In this document: positions 1 to 12,982 of the stretch, in pieces
Position numbering within the stretch: the first letter of the stretch is position 1
Layout of the letters: every line of letters begins with the position of its first letter
Origin: Octopus vulgaris
Taxonomy: Eukaryota
Reading direction: 5' to 3'
Length of the DNA stretch: 64,000 nt
Assembly: GCA_951406725.2 (NCBI GenBank)
Contig: OX597816.1
Span: 14,570,001 to 14,634,000 of the forward strand
Made by a program: the position numbers and the translations under genes
Notes under the pieces: generated by a model
What the model was told of the DNA's origin: nothing
The model's database searches: none
The model's input: the letters and a program-made list of their open reading frames with translations, nothing else

Positions 1-818
1 AAAACAGAAAGAATATGCGCCTAAGAGCGAGTGGGAGTAAGAGAGGAGTCGATTCCTGCAGCGATAGGTTAGGATGGGCTGGAATTCGGATTCCAAACGT
101 TTGACTTCCACTTAAGATTGGTACAATGGAACACATGCCGTTATAGACAAGAGATTGAGTAAGAGATGCAGTTGAGATCCATAACCAAATATGTACTGTA
201 GGCTTGAAGAATATTCTCAAGACATTAGAAGCCATGTTTCTGTATTATACCCGGTAGTCAAAGGGTGGTGGTGATTTGACGGTAAAAGGTTGTGTGATAA
301 AGAAGCTCGCTTTGCGGCCAAGCGGTTTCGGGTTCTATCCCTCTAAAAAGCCCTTTAAGCAAGTGTCTTCTGCTATAGTAGAAGGCACTGGTATGAGCAA
401 TGCCGAGTGAAAGAAATTGGTAAACGGAAACTGTGTAGAAGCTCGTTGCTTAAAACACTCACACACACTCACATACACAAATAGGTATGCATGTACGTAT
501 GTATATACATATATGCACACACACACATATATATTGAAGAAATTTATAATAGTTAACCACCAAAGGTAAACCACATACACACACACATATTACATATATA
601 TATATATATGTTTTTAATAATATATTATTATTAATATTAGGAAATCAATATCAAAACTCCTCGGAAAGATATACACGTGTGAAAAATAATTGTTGTATTA
701 AAAATATATAAATAGATAAATAAATAAAAATATGCATAAAAAATATATGTAAATATGTAAAAGTATAAATATATAATGTATATGACAGTTAAAAAATTAT
801 GAATTAAGTATTTAAAGC

Positions 819-908
819 ATCTTACGATCGTTTCACAGAAGAGTTGTCCCTATAATGAAATCCTATATTGATAAGCATTTATAGACAACTCTCCTGCTCT
901 TCAGAGAT
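819..908 (-). ncRNA. Type-I hammerhead ribozyme motif with long stem II, in a Penelope-like end
   Basis: Minus strand: ATCT CTGAAGA [GCAGGAGAGTTGTC...GACAACTCTTCTGT] GAAAC GATC GTA AGAT. The core, stem I (ATCT/AGAT) and a GUA cleavage triplet are all present. Confidence 0.72.
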
Positions 909-2097
909 ATAAAATTTGAATTCTGAATAACATATCGAATGGTAGTTTTGTTTTTTTTTTAATTTGAAGTAAAACTATCAAATAGTGTTTGTTTGAAAGA
1001 TAAATTAAAAATAACTGCTTTTGATAAGAGTCTTTAAATCCATATACACTTCCTTGGTTATTTTTCTGCAATAATCCATAATATTCATGTAAAATCCGTT
1101 AAATTATCTTGTATTCCAAATATAGTTCGTATAGTTTGTTTAGAAATGTGAAATTTGTATATACTTTAGCATGAGAATCTTGAAATTCGTATGTTTTCTT
1201 GGTAATTCCTCTGTAGCAATCCATAATACTTTTGTATAAAATTCATTATATTATCCGTTTATGACATGTTTATGTATGTGTCTTTGTGCTTGTCCTTTCA
1301 CACCGGAGTTGGTTAGTTCACGTCTCCATAACCAAGTGGTTCACCCAAATAATCCAATAAATTAAGTACCAGACTTAAAAAAGAAATCACAACCGGGGTT
1401 CAGTCGTTCGTAAAGGACCAAAAGGTATTACTCTTGTATATGTGTCATGTTTCATGGCTCTTAATATATTATAACTCCTACAACGCAGACGTAAAATAAG
1501 AAACTCAAGTAGTAGAATTTAAGAAGGCCAATGATGGACTCCCCTACGACGAATGGGCTTAGTCAAAATTATATAAATAGGGTGTATTGTAATGTGAGGA
1601 TACAGAACTTTCAATAAAAAATATAAGGTTTCAGACGTGTGTTGAGTTAAGACCAAAACCTTTAAAACTCAAAATTAACTTATACCTGCAATATATACGT
1701 TTTATCTATGAAAAGTAGATTCAAATTTCGTTCTTTTCCCTCCTTGTTGCACGTAAAATTTCTTTATCTCTTATGATATTCTTTACAGACGATCAATCTT
1801 TAATTTTCCCTATTACAATACTCATTACTCTTTACATTAATCACTCATAATCATTATTCACTCAACAATGTGTTGCTGACTATATTCGTTATACCTTCCG
1901 CTGTGTTGTTGGGTTGCTCGCTATTGAATCATGTGGTTATGGGTTCAATTCCGATTTACCCTGCACGGCACCTTGGACAAGTGTTCTTCCTCTATGGCTG
2001 ACCAATGCAATGGAAGTGAATTCAATAGACAGACACTGTGTGGAAACACATATGCATACATGTCTTTGAGCGTCTGCGTGCGCGTATATACATATAT

Positions 2098-2494
2098 ACT
2101 TTGGCATCGAGAGTTACACAAATGCCAGAATTGGGCGCCGCTGCATAGTGCCAAGGACTCCAAATTTGCCATCAAGATGTAGGACAAGATACTGTGATAG
2201 CCTAGGCTTCCGAGGCCCACAGCTCTTCAATATCCTCCCGAAGAACCTGAGAGACGTGCATGGGGTGGATGCAGATGTCTTTAAAATGAAACTGGATATC
2301 TTCTTGTCAGGTGTCCCAGATGAACTAACTTTACGGCAGGAGGTGCAGATGAGGGCAGCTGCATCTAACTCTCTCATGCACCAAATGGCAATTGCTAAAA
2401 AACATTCGTGAAGTAAAATCAAGTAGCAACACCAAATAGCGGTGCCCCAGCATGGCCACAGCTCGTGAGCTGAAACTAGATATAAATATAAATA

Positions 2495-2500
<6 letters not shown>
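2098..2500 (+). mobile_element. CR1-like LINE 3' end (ORF2 C-terminus plus 3' tail)
   Basis: ORF ...SLGFRGPQLFNILPKNLRDVHGVDADVFKMKLDIFLSGVPDE...RAAASNSL, followed by a short UTR with the hairpin CAGCTC-GT-GAGCTG and an A/T-rich tail. Confidence 0.8.
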
Positions 2501-2570
<70 letters not shown>

Positions 2571-2573
<3 letters not shown>

Positions 2574-2760
2574 GAGAATTCACAAAAAAAAACACGAAGA
2601 CAAGTGGTGTAGGCAACAAACAGATGTATTCGTATAACGCTCGGGAAGTGAAAAAGTTTTTAACGTTTCGAGCCTAGGCTCTTCCACAGAAAGGAACACA
2701 AAAATGAAACAAGGAGAGAAAATAAAGTATGTGTAGTGGCTAGCGATCTATCATGGCGAA
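2571..2760 (-). mobile_element. Penelope-like end, family P1, with minimal hammerhead-like motif at 2657-2693
   Basis: Minus strand CTTT CTGTGGA A GAGC-CTAG-GCTC GAAAC GTTA. It is homologous to 11688-11885 and 36229-36417 and lies between (TA)n tracts. Confidence 0.65.
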
Positions 2761-2798
2761 TGATATATATATATTTATATGTATGTGTATGTGTGTGC

Positions 2799-2830
<32 letters not shown>

Positions 2831-2857
2831 ATATACATACATATATGTATATATATT

Positions 2858-3088
2858 CTTTTATTATATGCTTCAGCCCTGAGCTGTGGCCATGCTGGGG
2901 CACCGCGAGTGTAATTACCCTTTAATTGGCCAATTCTATGGGATTGGATTTTGGTGAATGATGGGGTTCGATACTGCTGCCCTCTTTTATGTTCCCTGCA
3001 TTGATATTGGTTTATCTGGAATCTTGGACAACAAGACGTCAAGTTGTTTCTTGAAAGCATCTACTCCATGGAGATCCCTCAGATGCTT
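2858..3088 (-). mobile_element. Second, diverged CR1-like LINE 3' end
   Basis: Minus translation KHLRDLHGVDAFKKQLDVLLSKIPDKP...RAAVSNPIIHQ with an internal stop, then the same tail GCGGTGCCCCAGCATGGCCACAGCTCAGGGCTGAA. Confidence 0.75.
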
Positions 3089-3560
3089 ATATGTTTATAT
3101 AGATATGTGTGTGTATGTGTGTATGTATTATGTATGTATGCATATATATCTTTGTCTATTTGTCAGTTTATCTATATCTATCTACCTATCTACCTATATA
3201 CCTGTATATGTATATGTATATATATATGCATGTGTGCGTGTGCGCGTGTATATATATGAACGTGTGTGTATGTATGCATGTATGTAGGTATGTATGTATA
3301 TGTATAGGTGTGTTTGTGTTTGTGTTTTATTTCCCACCACCACCACCACGGTGTTTGGCAACCTATGGTTTGTTAACATCACTGGCTTAACGAGTCAAGA
3401 AAAGAGATAGACAGAATAAGTAACAGGATCTAAAATCTAAAAGCACAGACGTAAGTACTGGTGTTGATTTCTTCTACTAAATCCTTGAAGGCGGTGCTCC
3501 ACTATGGTCGCAGTCCAATGACTGAAACAAGTAAAGGGTAAAAGATATTTCGTAATACAT

Positions 3561-3935
<375 letters not shown>

Positions 3936-4670
3936 TTCATTGTCTGGTTACATCTGTTATTCTTCTGCCGGTAAATATATATATTGGTCTGCTACATCTG
4001 TTGCTCTTCCGTAATTCCTGCCAAATTTCTACACTAAAAAACACAAGCGTGACGCAAGATTTCTCTACAGCTGTTGCTTCATGAATTCTCCCAAGACTAC
4101 ACTGCATCTACCACACACACATACACACACGCAAAGATGTATATAGGGAGAGAAAGAACGAGAGAGAAAGACAGAGAGACAGAGAGAGAGATACATAGAT
4201 AGAAAGATAGATATGTATATGTTTGTATCTTGGTAGGATCATTACGCCAATAATAACACACGCACTGGTTCAATATCACTTCTCTATTAACAGTCACTCG
4301 GTTATATATCCAACCAATTCACATCAAGGATCTTATAAACCAAACAAAAGGACGAGATATATGTATGTATCTATATGTATATATATGCATAGATCTTTAG
4401 ATGGGTTAAAAAATCACATTCGATCACAGCACCAATAACAATTTAAGCTTCGTGCAATGGCCATACTCTATAACGAGGGGCAGCCATCATCATATATGCA
4501 TATATATATAAAATATGTATATGAATATATGCATATGCATGTGTATATTATGTGTGTGTGTTAAGTACTTCTGGGTAAAATGGTATTAAAGGAAAAATTA
4601 AATATTGATTTGGTTTTGTAAAATCCATTCTTACACAAACATTCACACACACGCACGCACTAACACACGA

Positions 4671-4701
<31 letters not shown>

Positions 4702-5644
4702 AATGGAATCCAGTACAAACTCGTTGCATGTTCGGGTCGCGCCATTCGTTTTCTGCGTATTTATTTTAGAAATGTGCCGCACTGGATAGAATACAGGTGT
4801 TGTTTACCAATGTCTTTTTTTCTGGTTAGTTTTGTTTGGTGTTATGAGATGTAAAGCTTTTCAATTGCACCATGTTATAAATATGTGGCTTACCGGCAAG
4901 AGAGTATCCTATTTCGTTGGCCAATATAACAGTTGAGCTCGTGAAGTTTACAACTAAACACGATTATAATTAAATTTATTAATCGCATTTGTCAGCAGTA
5001 TCACGTTAGCAGCAATACAGGTTTTTAATTTGCTACTGAGAAGACAGTTTGCAATTTCAGTCATTTTTTAGTATATCATAAGAGTAATTTCATGGTCTAG
5101 TGCAATGTATTTTGTACGTTGCATTGCGGAGGTTTGATAACAGGTTAATGTCTTCTAACGTTAGGAAGCATGTGATTCATTTAATATGTATTACGTAGTC
5201 ATAATAAAACTAACTCTATAATTCTGGGCCCGATTCCACGTCGCTGAAACTTGAGCAAATGCTTTTGGGCAAAGCCTCGGGAATTTGTTAGACGAAAGAT
5301 ATACGAAAGGGTGTCGTGTTTATATTATGCTTGTATGTATGTAAGTATGTATGTATGTACGTGTGTGTGTGTGTGTACGTGTGTGCGTATGTATGTGTGT
5401 GTATATATATATATATATATATACATATTAATAATAAATATTAGGGAATAAATCCAAACTTACAGGGAAAAATCAGATTTAGGATTGAATCCAATTTTAT
5501 AGTAAAATATTATATTATATTAAATTAGAGACAAAACCACTATTAGGTATGATTTGCCTAATAGTGGTTTTGTCTCTAATTTAATATATATATACATATA
5601 TATATTGTATTTCGGGATGGTCATTCTTTTCTCATGCAACACAA

Positions 5645-5712
<68 letters not shown>

Positions 5713-5773
5713 TTAGGCACACCTACATACATACATACATACATGCATGCATACATGCATACATACATACATT

Positions 5774-6200
5774 TGGGATAGAGAAGAGAAACTGTGTCCA
5801 GTTGTGGAAATTAGCTGCCCAGTGGATGTTAACATAAAGCTGAAGATCAGTGTAAAACAGAACACCTTTGCTGAACTATTGAGAAATCTGTAGTTACTCT
5901 ATCCAGATTACAAGTTCAGGATTATACCTGTAATTATTGGGGCCCTGGGATATATATAACACACTGCCTTAATACCAATCTTGAGAAATTAGGCTTCACG
6001 AGATCAGAAAAGAGAAAGCTAATCAGAAGACTACAGATCCAATCTGTCACTGGAACTGTAAAAACCTGTAAAACTTTCCAGAAGTTTATCATTTAAATAT
6101 ATATGAGCATGTCTAGATATGTAACTATATACATGAGAATATATACATAAAACATACAAATCTGCACATACATACATACATACATACATACATACATACA

Positions 6201-6232
<32 letters not shown>

Positions 6233-6477
6233 CATACATACATACTTACATACATATACATACATACATACATACATACATACATACATTAATATATACA
6301 TACATACTTACATATATGCATACATACATACGTACGTACATACATGCATACAAACAAACAAACAAACAAAGGTGACCTGTTGTTGATATTGAAATTCCTA
6401 TGAAGGAGCCTTGGATCTAGGTTAGAAACCGGTTCTTTCTCTATATGCAAGAAATCTTGAAATAAACTTAACAATGA
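5774..6477 (+). mobile_element. R4/Dong-like non-LTR retrotransposon 3' end (restriction-like endonuclease C-terminus plus 3' UTR)
   Basis: Translation [21 protein letters not shown]...YPDYKFRIIPVIIGALG...LIRRLQIQSVTGTVKTCKTFQKF with a stop and a frameshift. It sits in TACA/CA repeats, and a second copy is at 55901-56252. Confidence 0.72.
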
Positions 6478-6480
6478 TAC

Positions 6481-6532
<52 letters not shown>

Positions 6533-6723
6533 CACACACAACTGTTTACCGCCGGCGTACATCGCTAAAGAATTAAAACAATGTCGCAAAAAGTGAAATA
6601 TTTATTTTGCACGAAGTTACAGATACTCTCTCGTATTGTCAACCTTGCTCTCAAAATAATGCGTTGAAACAGTGACTCGTCTAGTGGAGACAGGTAACGA
6701 ACTTCGCTATTTTACGCCAATTA

Positions 6724-6803
<80 letters not shown>

Positions 6804-7047
6804 ATATAGCCTGTGTATATTATAAATAGACACACGCGTTCCCATGGCTGTATAGGTGTTCGCGCACACTTTAAGCTGACTGACAGATGTCAGTTCTCAC
6901 TTTCCAATGAAAGGAAAACTAAAAAAATAAATAAACGTATCTCAATTTGTCTTCTATTATCATCAACACAATCATTTTCTGTCTATAACGTTACATCAAT
7001 CTTTCGCTTTCTCACAATCTCCCCCTCTCTCCCTGTCTTTCTCTGTA

Positions 7048-7098
<51 letters not shown>

Positions 7099-7390
7099 AT
7101 ATGCATATCATATAATCTTTCTCGCTTTTTTTCTTCTCCACTTATGCCCTATGCTCTCATAGCTAGCTCTGTTCTACATACTCTCGTTCTTACCGCGTCT
7201 TCTCTCTGCCGCCTCTTTTAAGCAAACATGTCTCTTATTATCATGAAAACGACCATTTTCTTTTATAAGTTATTACACGCTCCACTCTTTGGCTGCATCC
7301 CAATCTCTCCTTCTTTTTTTCTTTCCATTCTTTCTTCCTTTCTTTCCCTATGTCTCTCTCTGTCTCTTTCTCATTTGTTTTCTCGCCTTG

Positions 7391-7486
7391 CTTCTTCTTC
7401 TTCTTCTTCTTCTTCTTCTTCTTCTTCTTCTTCTTCTTCTTCTTCTTCTTCTTCTTCTTCTTCTTCTTCTTCTTCTTCTTCTTCTC
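7391..7486. repeat. (CTT)n microsatellite
   Basis: Pure trinucleotide run. Confidence 0.98.
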
Positions 7487-7929
7487 CTTCCCCTTCTCTT
7501 CTTATGACCCATGCTCTCAATATCTATCCCCACTTCACATACCTCTATTATTTCTGGTTTTTCCTTTGCCGATTCTTTGACGCAAATTTCGACAAGGCAC
7601 TTAGCTATTTTTATTTCTATATTAACAAACACAAACACTCCACTCAAAACGTTCGCTAGTAATGGTGATGATGTTATTTATGGTGGTGGCGGTAAGAGCT
7701 AATATCTTAACTGTTATAACAGAAACAGTTCATTTGTGTCTCATAATTCTTTCTCTGTTTATTATTCTTACTAAAAGGCATGCGAAGCATCAGAATAATC
7801 GGTTGAGTGACTGACAAAACGCATGTTGTTTTAAGCTACGTTCTGTGTTCAAATCCCTTCGATAGCAACATCGCTTTTCGTCCTTCCACGGTCGAATAGA
7901 TTATGTGTCAGTTAACTAATAAACTAAAA

Positions 7930-8210
7930 TGGTACTCCGTCAGATATGACGATGAGCGTTCTAGTTGATCCAATCAACGGAACAGCCTGCTTGTGAAATT
8001 AACGTGCAAGTAGCTGAGTACTCCACATATACGGGTATCCTTAATGTAGTTGTTAAGGGGATTCAGTTTCATACGGAATGTGACAAAGCGGGCCCTTTGA
8101 AATACAGTGAGAACTCATTTTTGCCAACTAAGTGGATTGGAGCAACGGGAAGTAAAGTGTTTTGCTCAAGGACTCGACGCATCGCCAGGTATTGAACTCA
8201 CGACCCTACG
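7930..8210 (-). mobile_element. SINE family C, diverged
   Basis: Homologous to 8761-9108. Confidence 0.75.
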
Positions 8211-8250
8211 ATTTGATATAATCAACTTGGTGTAATCAAGACTTGATATA

Positions 8251-8666
8251 TATTTCTTTACTACCCACAAGGGCGCTAAACATAGAGGGGACAAACAAGG
8301 ACAGACAAACGAATTAAGTCGATTATATCGACCCCAGTACAAAACTGGTACTTTATCTATCGACCCCGAAAGGATGAAAGGCAAAGTCGACCTCGAAGGA
8401 ATTTAAACTCAGAACGTAACGACAGACGAAATACCTATTTCTTTACTACCCACAAGGGGCTAAACACAGAAGGGGCAAACAGGAATAGACAAACGGTTTA
8501 AGTCGATTATATCGACCCCACTGCGTAACTCGTACTTAATTTATCGACCCCGAAAGGATGAAAGGCAAAGTCGACCTCGGCGGAATTTGAACTCACAACG
8601 TAACGGCAGCCGAAATATCGCTAAGCATTTAGCCCAGCGCGCTAACGTTTCTTCCAGCTCGCCGCC
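8251..8666 (-). mobile_element. SINE family A (Meta-domain-like), dimeric copy
   Basis: tRNA-like head GGCGGCGAGCTGG..GAGTTCAAATTCC, central GCCTTTCATCCTTTCGGGGTCGATAAATTAAGTAC, and a 24-bp TSD at 8227-8250/8667-8690. Confidence 0.88.
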
Positions 8667-8760
8667 TTGATGTAATCAAGACTTGATATAACCAACTTTA
8701 TCCCTCTTCGAAATATGAAACCTTGTGCATGATTTAAAGTCGTTACATCTACTCATAAAG

Positions 8761-9108
8761 GAGCACTCCGTCGGTTCCGACGACGAGGGACCCAGCTGAT
8801 ACGACGAGTGTTCCAGTTGATCCAATCAACGGAACAGCCTGCTTGTGAAATTAAGGTACAAGTGATCGAGCACTTCACAGACACGCGTATCCTTAACATA
8901 GTTCTCAGGGAGATTCAGCGTGACACAGAGTGTGACAAGGCTGGCCCTTTTTTGAAATACAGATACTACTCAATTTTTCCAGCTGAGTGGACTTGAGCAA
9001 CGTGAAATAAAGTGTCTTGCTCAAGGACACAACGCGTCGCTGGCAATTGAACTCCCGACCTTACGATCATGAGCCGCATGCCCAAACCACAAAGCCACGC
9101 GCCTTCAC
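8761..9108 (-). mobile_element. SINE family C (tRNA head, TTGTGTCCTTGAGCAAGACACT core)
   Basis: Minus strand GTGAAGGCGCGTGGCTTTGTGG...GAGTTCAATTGCC...tail ACCGACGGAGTGC; homologous to 62120-62442. Confidence 0.85.
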
Positions 9109-9278
9109 GCATCTACTCATATGAAGGCAATGTATTGGCTGAGTCCTAACATGAATTACCTTTGCACTATTTTATCCGGATTGTTATGTTCCGAGTTCAA
9201 ATCACACGATCGACTTTGCTTTCCATGCTTTCGTAGGTACCTGTTCTCACTTTTCTTCTTGCTGACTCATTCGCGCTC

Positions 9279-9362
<84 letters not shown>

Positions 9363-9764
9363 TCTCCCTCTCTCTCTGAGAATTGATCATGAACGACAAA
9401 ATGATGTCTTGCAAAAAAAAAAAAAAAAGAAAATTAATGAAGTAAAATAAAACAACAAAATACAATCAAAGAAATGATCGTGAAACCACTTTCGAATTCT
9501 TGCATGAAAATTCCAAATTAAGAAAGAAAGGAAGAAAATGTTTAATTGAGAGAAGAAGAGAGTAAGAGTAATACAGAAAGATAGATAGGATTTTTATATT
9601 TTTATCAGTAAAAAAGAAAGAAACTACCTGAGAGAGAAAGAGATAAAGAAAAGGAAGAGCGAGAAGGATTAGGGTTGCGAGGGGCTAAAAACGAGTAATG
9701 AAGAAAGAAAGAAAGAAACAAACAAACAAACAAACAAAGAAGGAAAGAAAGAAAGAAAGAGCAA

Positions 9765-9819
<55 letters not shown>

Positions 9820-10010
9820 GAAAGAGATGATCGGCTGATAGGTGGAAGTACTAGAGGTGATGGTGCGATATCTTATACCGTGTTTACCATTTTTCATAGA
9901 CATTCCATTCTCAGGAACTTTCATCGTAGTAAACAAACCACAAAACGTAAATACGATACAAGAGTTTGTAGATCTCCTCCCCCGTCTCTTCTTCAGTTTC
10001 TGTCTGTCTG

Positions 10011-10071
<61 letters not shown>

Positions 10072-10584
10072 CTGTCTATCTACCTACATACCTATCGCTA
10101 CCTCTATGTATATATATATATATATATATTTATGTGTGGGGGAGTGAATGTGTGTGTATGTATGTATGTACACACACACACACATATATATATACATACA
10201 TACATACATACATACATACATACATACATACATACATACATACATACGCACACGCATACATGCGTACATTTTACCTCAACAAAGATTATATAAAACCAAG
10301 ATTAACTTCAATACATTGCAGTCAGACGATGGTTTAACTGGCCGAAACTTCGAGATCCCTGTCGATTATATTCTTGTTTAAGAATAATAAGCTTGTACTC
10401 TACAAAAGTATTGAGTAACCCATCAGATTAATGTAATATTGTTTTTATTACAATTGAACATAAAACAAATACCTATCTTTCTATTTTTCTCTCTCTCTCT
10501 CTCTATCCCTCTGTGTATATATATATATATACACATACACACATACACTCATACACACATACACACACACACACACACATATAT

Positions 10585-10890
10585 TCCGGATTCAGTCCAA
10601 CTGCGTGGCACCTTGGCCAAGTGTCTTCTACTATAGCCTCGGGTCAACCAAAGCTTTGTGTGTGGATTCGGTAAACGGAAACTGAAAGAAGCCCGTCGTT
10701 TATGTGTGTCTGTGCACGCGCGCGTGTGTGCTTGTGTGTCTGTGTTTGTCCCCCCATCATCGCTTGGCAACCGATGCTGGTGTGTTCACGTCCCCGTAAC
10801 TTAGCGGTTCGGCAAAAGAGGGAGATAGAATAAGTACTAGGCTTACAAAGAATGAGTCTTGGGGGTCGACTTGCTCGACTAAAGGCGGTA
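10585..10890 (+). mobile_element. SINE family B (tRNA head, CORE-like domain, internal microsatellite), truncated
   Basis: TTCAGTCCAACTGCGTGGCACCTTGGCCAAGTGTC...GGAAACTGAAAGAAGCCCGTCG. Confidence 0.82.
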
Positions 10891-11202
10891 TACATACATA
10901 CATATATATATGTATATATATATATACATATATATACATATAAATTTAATTGGAGGATATGTTAACCCCATGAAGGAATGGTTTCATCCAAGGTAATGCT
11001 GGTTCAATACCTAGTATTGTGGGGGAATGAATTAGCTTGAAATGATAGGTGTATATAAAAACATAGTTTATATTCATTTAAAAGAAGAAGAAAATGGAGA
11101 TTGAGAAGTTAGCAATTGTTTATTATTAACAGCATTTTGCTGTTGATAATAAACATTTATTAACTTCTCTATCTCCATTTTCTTCTTTTAAATGAATATA
11201 AA

Positions 11203-11453
11203 GGGTAAAGACCCCCCTTCGGTCATGAATGACCATGGGATTGCACCTAGAAAGTTACCCCCCTAGACACAAGTCCGGGCGAGGTTGCTTATGGAAGACC
11301 AGCAGTCGCCCATGCATACCAGCCTCCCCTCACCACGCCACCAGTGTTATCCAAGGGAAAGACAAAGGTCGATACAGCTTGGCACCAGTGACGTCGCAAC
11401 TCATTTCTACAGCTGAGTGAACTGGAGCAACGTGAAATAAAGTGCCTTGCTCA
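11203..11453 (-). mobile_element. SINE C core with a different tail
   Basis: Core TTGAGCAAGGCACTTTATTTCACGTTGCTCCAG, then an unrelated tail ending GGGGTCTTTACCCTTTA. Confidence 0.72.
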
Positions 11454-11590
11454 AATTATATATATATATATATATATAATATATATATAATATAGATAGA
11501 TAGATATAGATATACATACACATATATACATAAATATACACATATACCCACAGCCACGCACAAACGCACGCACGGATGGATGGATGGAAG

Positions 11591-11687
<97 letters not shown>

Positions 11688-11689
<2 letters not shown>

Positions 11690-11885
11690 CCATGTTGATT
11701 CGCTAGCTTCTGCACGAATTTTTTTCTCTCCTTGTTTCCTTTCTGTGTATCTTTCTGTTGAAGAGCGTAGGCTCGAAACGTAAAAGACTTGTTTTATTCA
11801 TATTCCTAAGCGCCATACTAATACAATTGTTTGTTTGTATTCCACCTGCTTTCGTCTTTTGTTTATTTTCATAAAGCTTCCCGTT
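11688..11885 (+). mobile_element. Penelope-like end, family P1, with minimal hammerhead-like motif at 11751-11786
   Basis: CTTT CTGTTGA A GAGC-GTAG-GCTC GAAAC GTA AAAG, flanked by (TA)n. Confidence 0.68.
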
Positions 11886-12342
11886 ATATATATAATATAT
11901 ATGCATTAGATGTATCTCGACACCAAAGCAATTTTAGGATCAGTTCATTTACTTTTTGCATGTGAAGGAGAGACACATGTAAAGAATATTTTCTTTTAAA
12001 TTACTACAAACCAGTAAATATTGAAAGACACTATTCATTTTTGCTTCCATATGCCTAATAATAATCTTGATATCTATAGACAGACCGTTTTAGCATAACG
12101 TGTATCGTCAATGCAGAGTGCTAAGGGATTACTTACATTTCAGCAGTTCCGAACAGAAGAATTGGATTAATGAGACAAAAGGATGATAAACTGATATTGT
12201 GACAAAGTCTCTGGATTAGAGAGAGAAAGAAGGGGGAAACAAAGAAAGAAATTAACAAAAAGGAAGTAAGAAAGAAAGAAGAAACTAGAGAGAGAGAGAG
12301 ACGTATATCTTAGAATATGAGTGAATGGTACTTTTCCACACT

Positions 12343-12386
<44 letters not shown>

Positions 12387-12438
12387 CAGATGCTTGTGTA
12401 TCTATCTATATTCATACATACTTTTATACTTAGGTGTG

Positions 12439-12504
<66 letters not shown>

Positions 12505-12857
12505 TGTGAGTGTGGGTGTGTGTGTGTATAATTTAGATGGGAGTTACGAACGCAATGTTCACTATGTAGACGCTTGCTATGAGATGAAAAGAACAGTTTG
12601 AATGATTAAATATTAGCTCTGGAATTCAACAGATATATTCTCTGGAGATATTTTACTCTGTGGAGATCTTTGTTAAGTCAATTACTCTCAGAATATGTTT
12701 CCAATTCCATTGTATATTCTATTTGCATTATTTTGACGTATGTATGTATGTTTGTATGTCTATGTGTGTACGTATGTGAGTGTACTATACACGCATACAC
12801 GCGAGCACAAACAAATATATATACATATACAAATGTTATACAATATCTATCTTTACA

Positions 12858-12951
<94 letters not shown>

Positions 12952-12982
12952 GCACACAAACATAAGTACATACACACATATA

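Noticed and set aside
10320-10367. Hammerhead-like GTCAGACGAT...GAAAC...GTCGATT
   Set aside because: The core is one base short once stem I is paired; at best a decayed copy.
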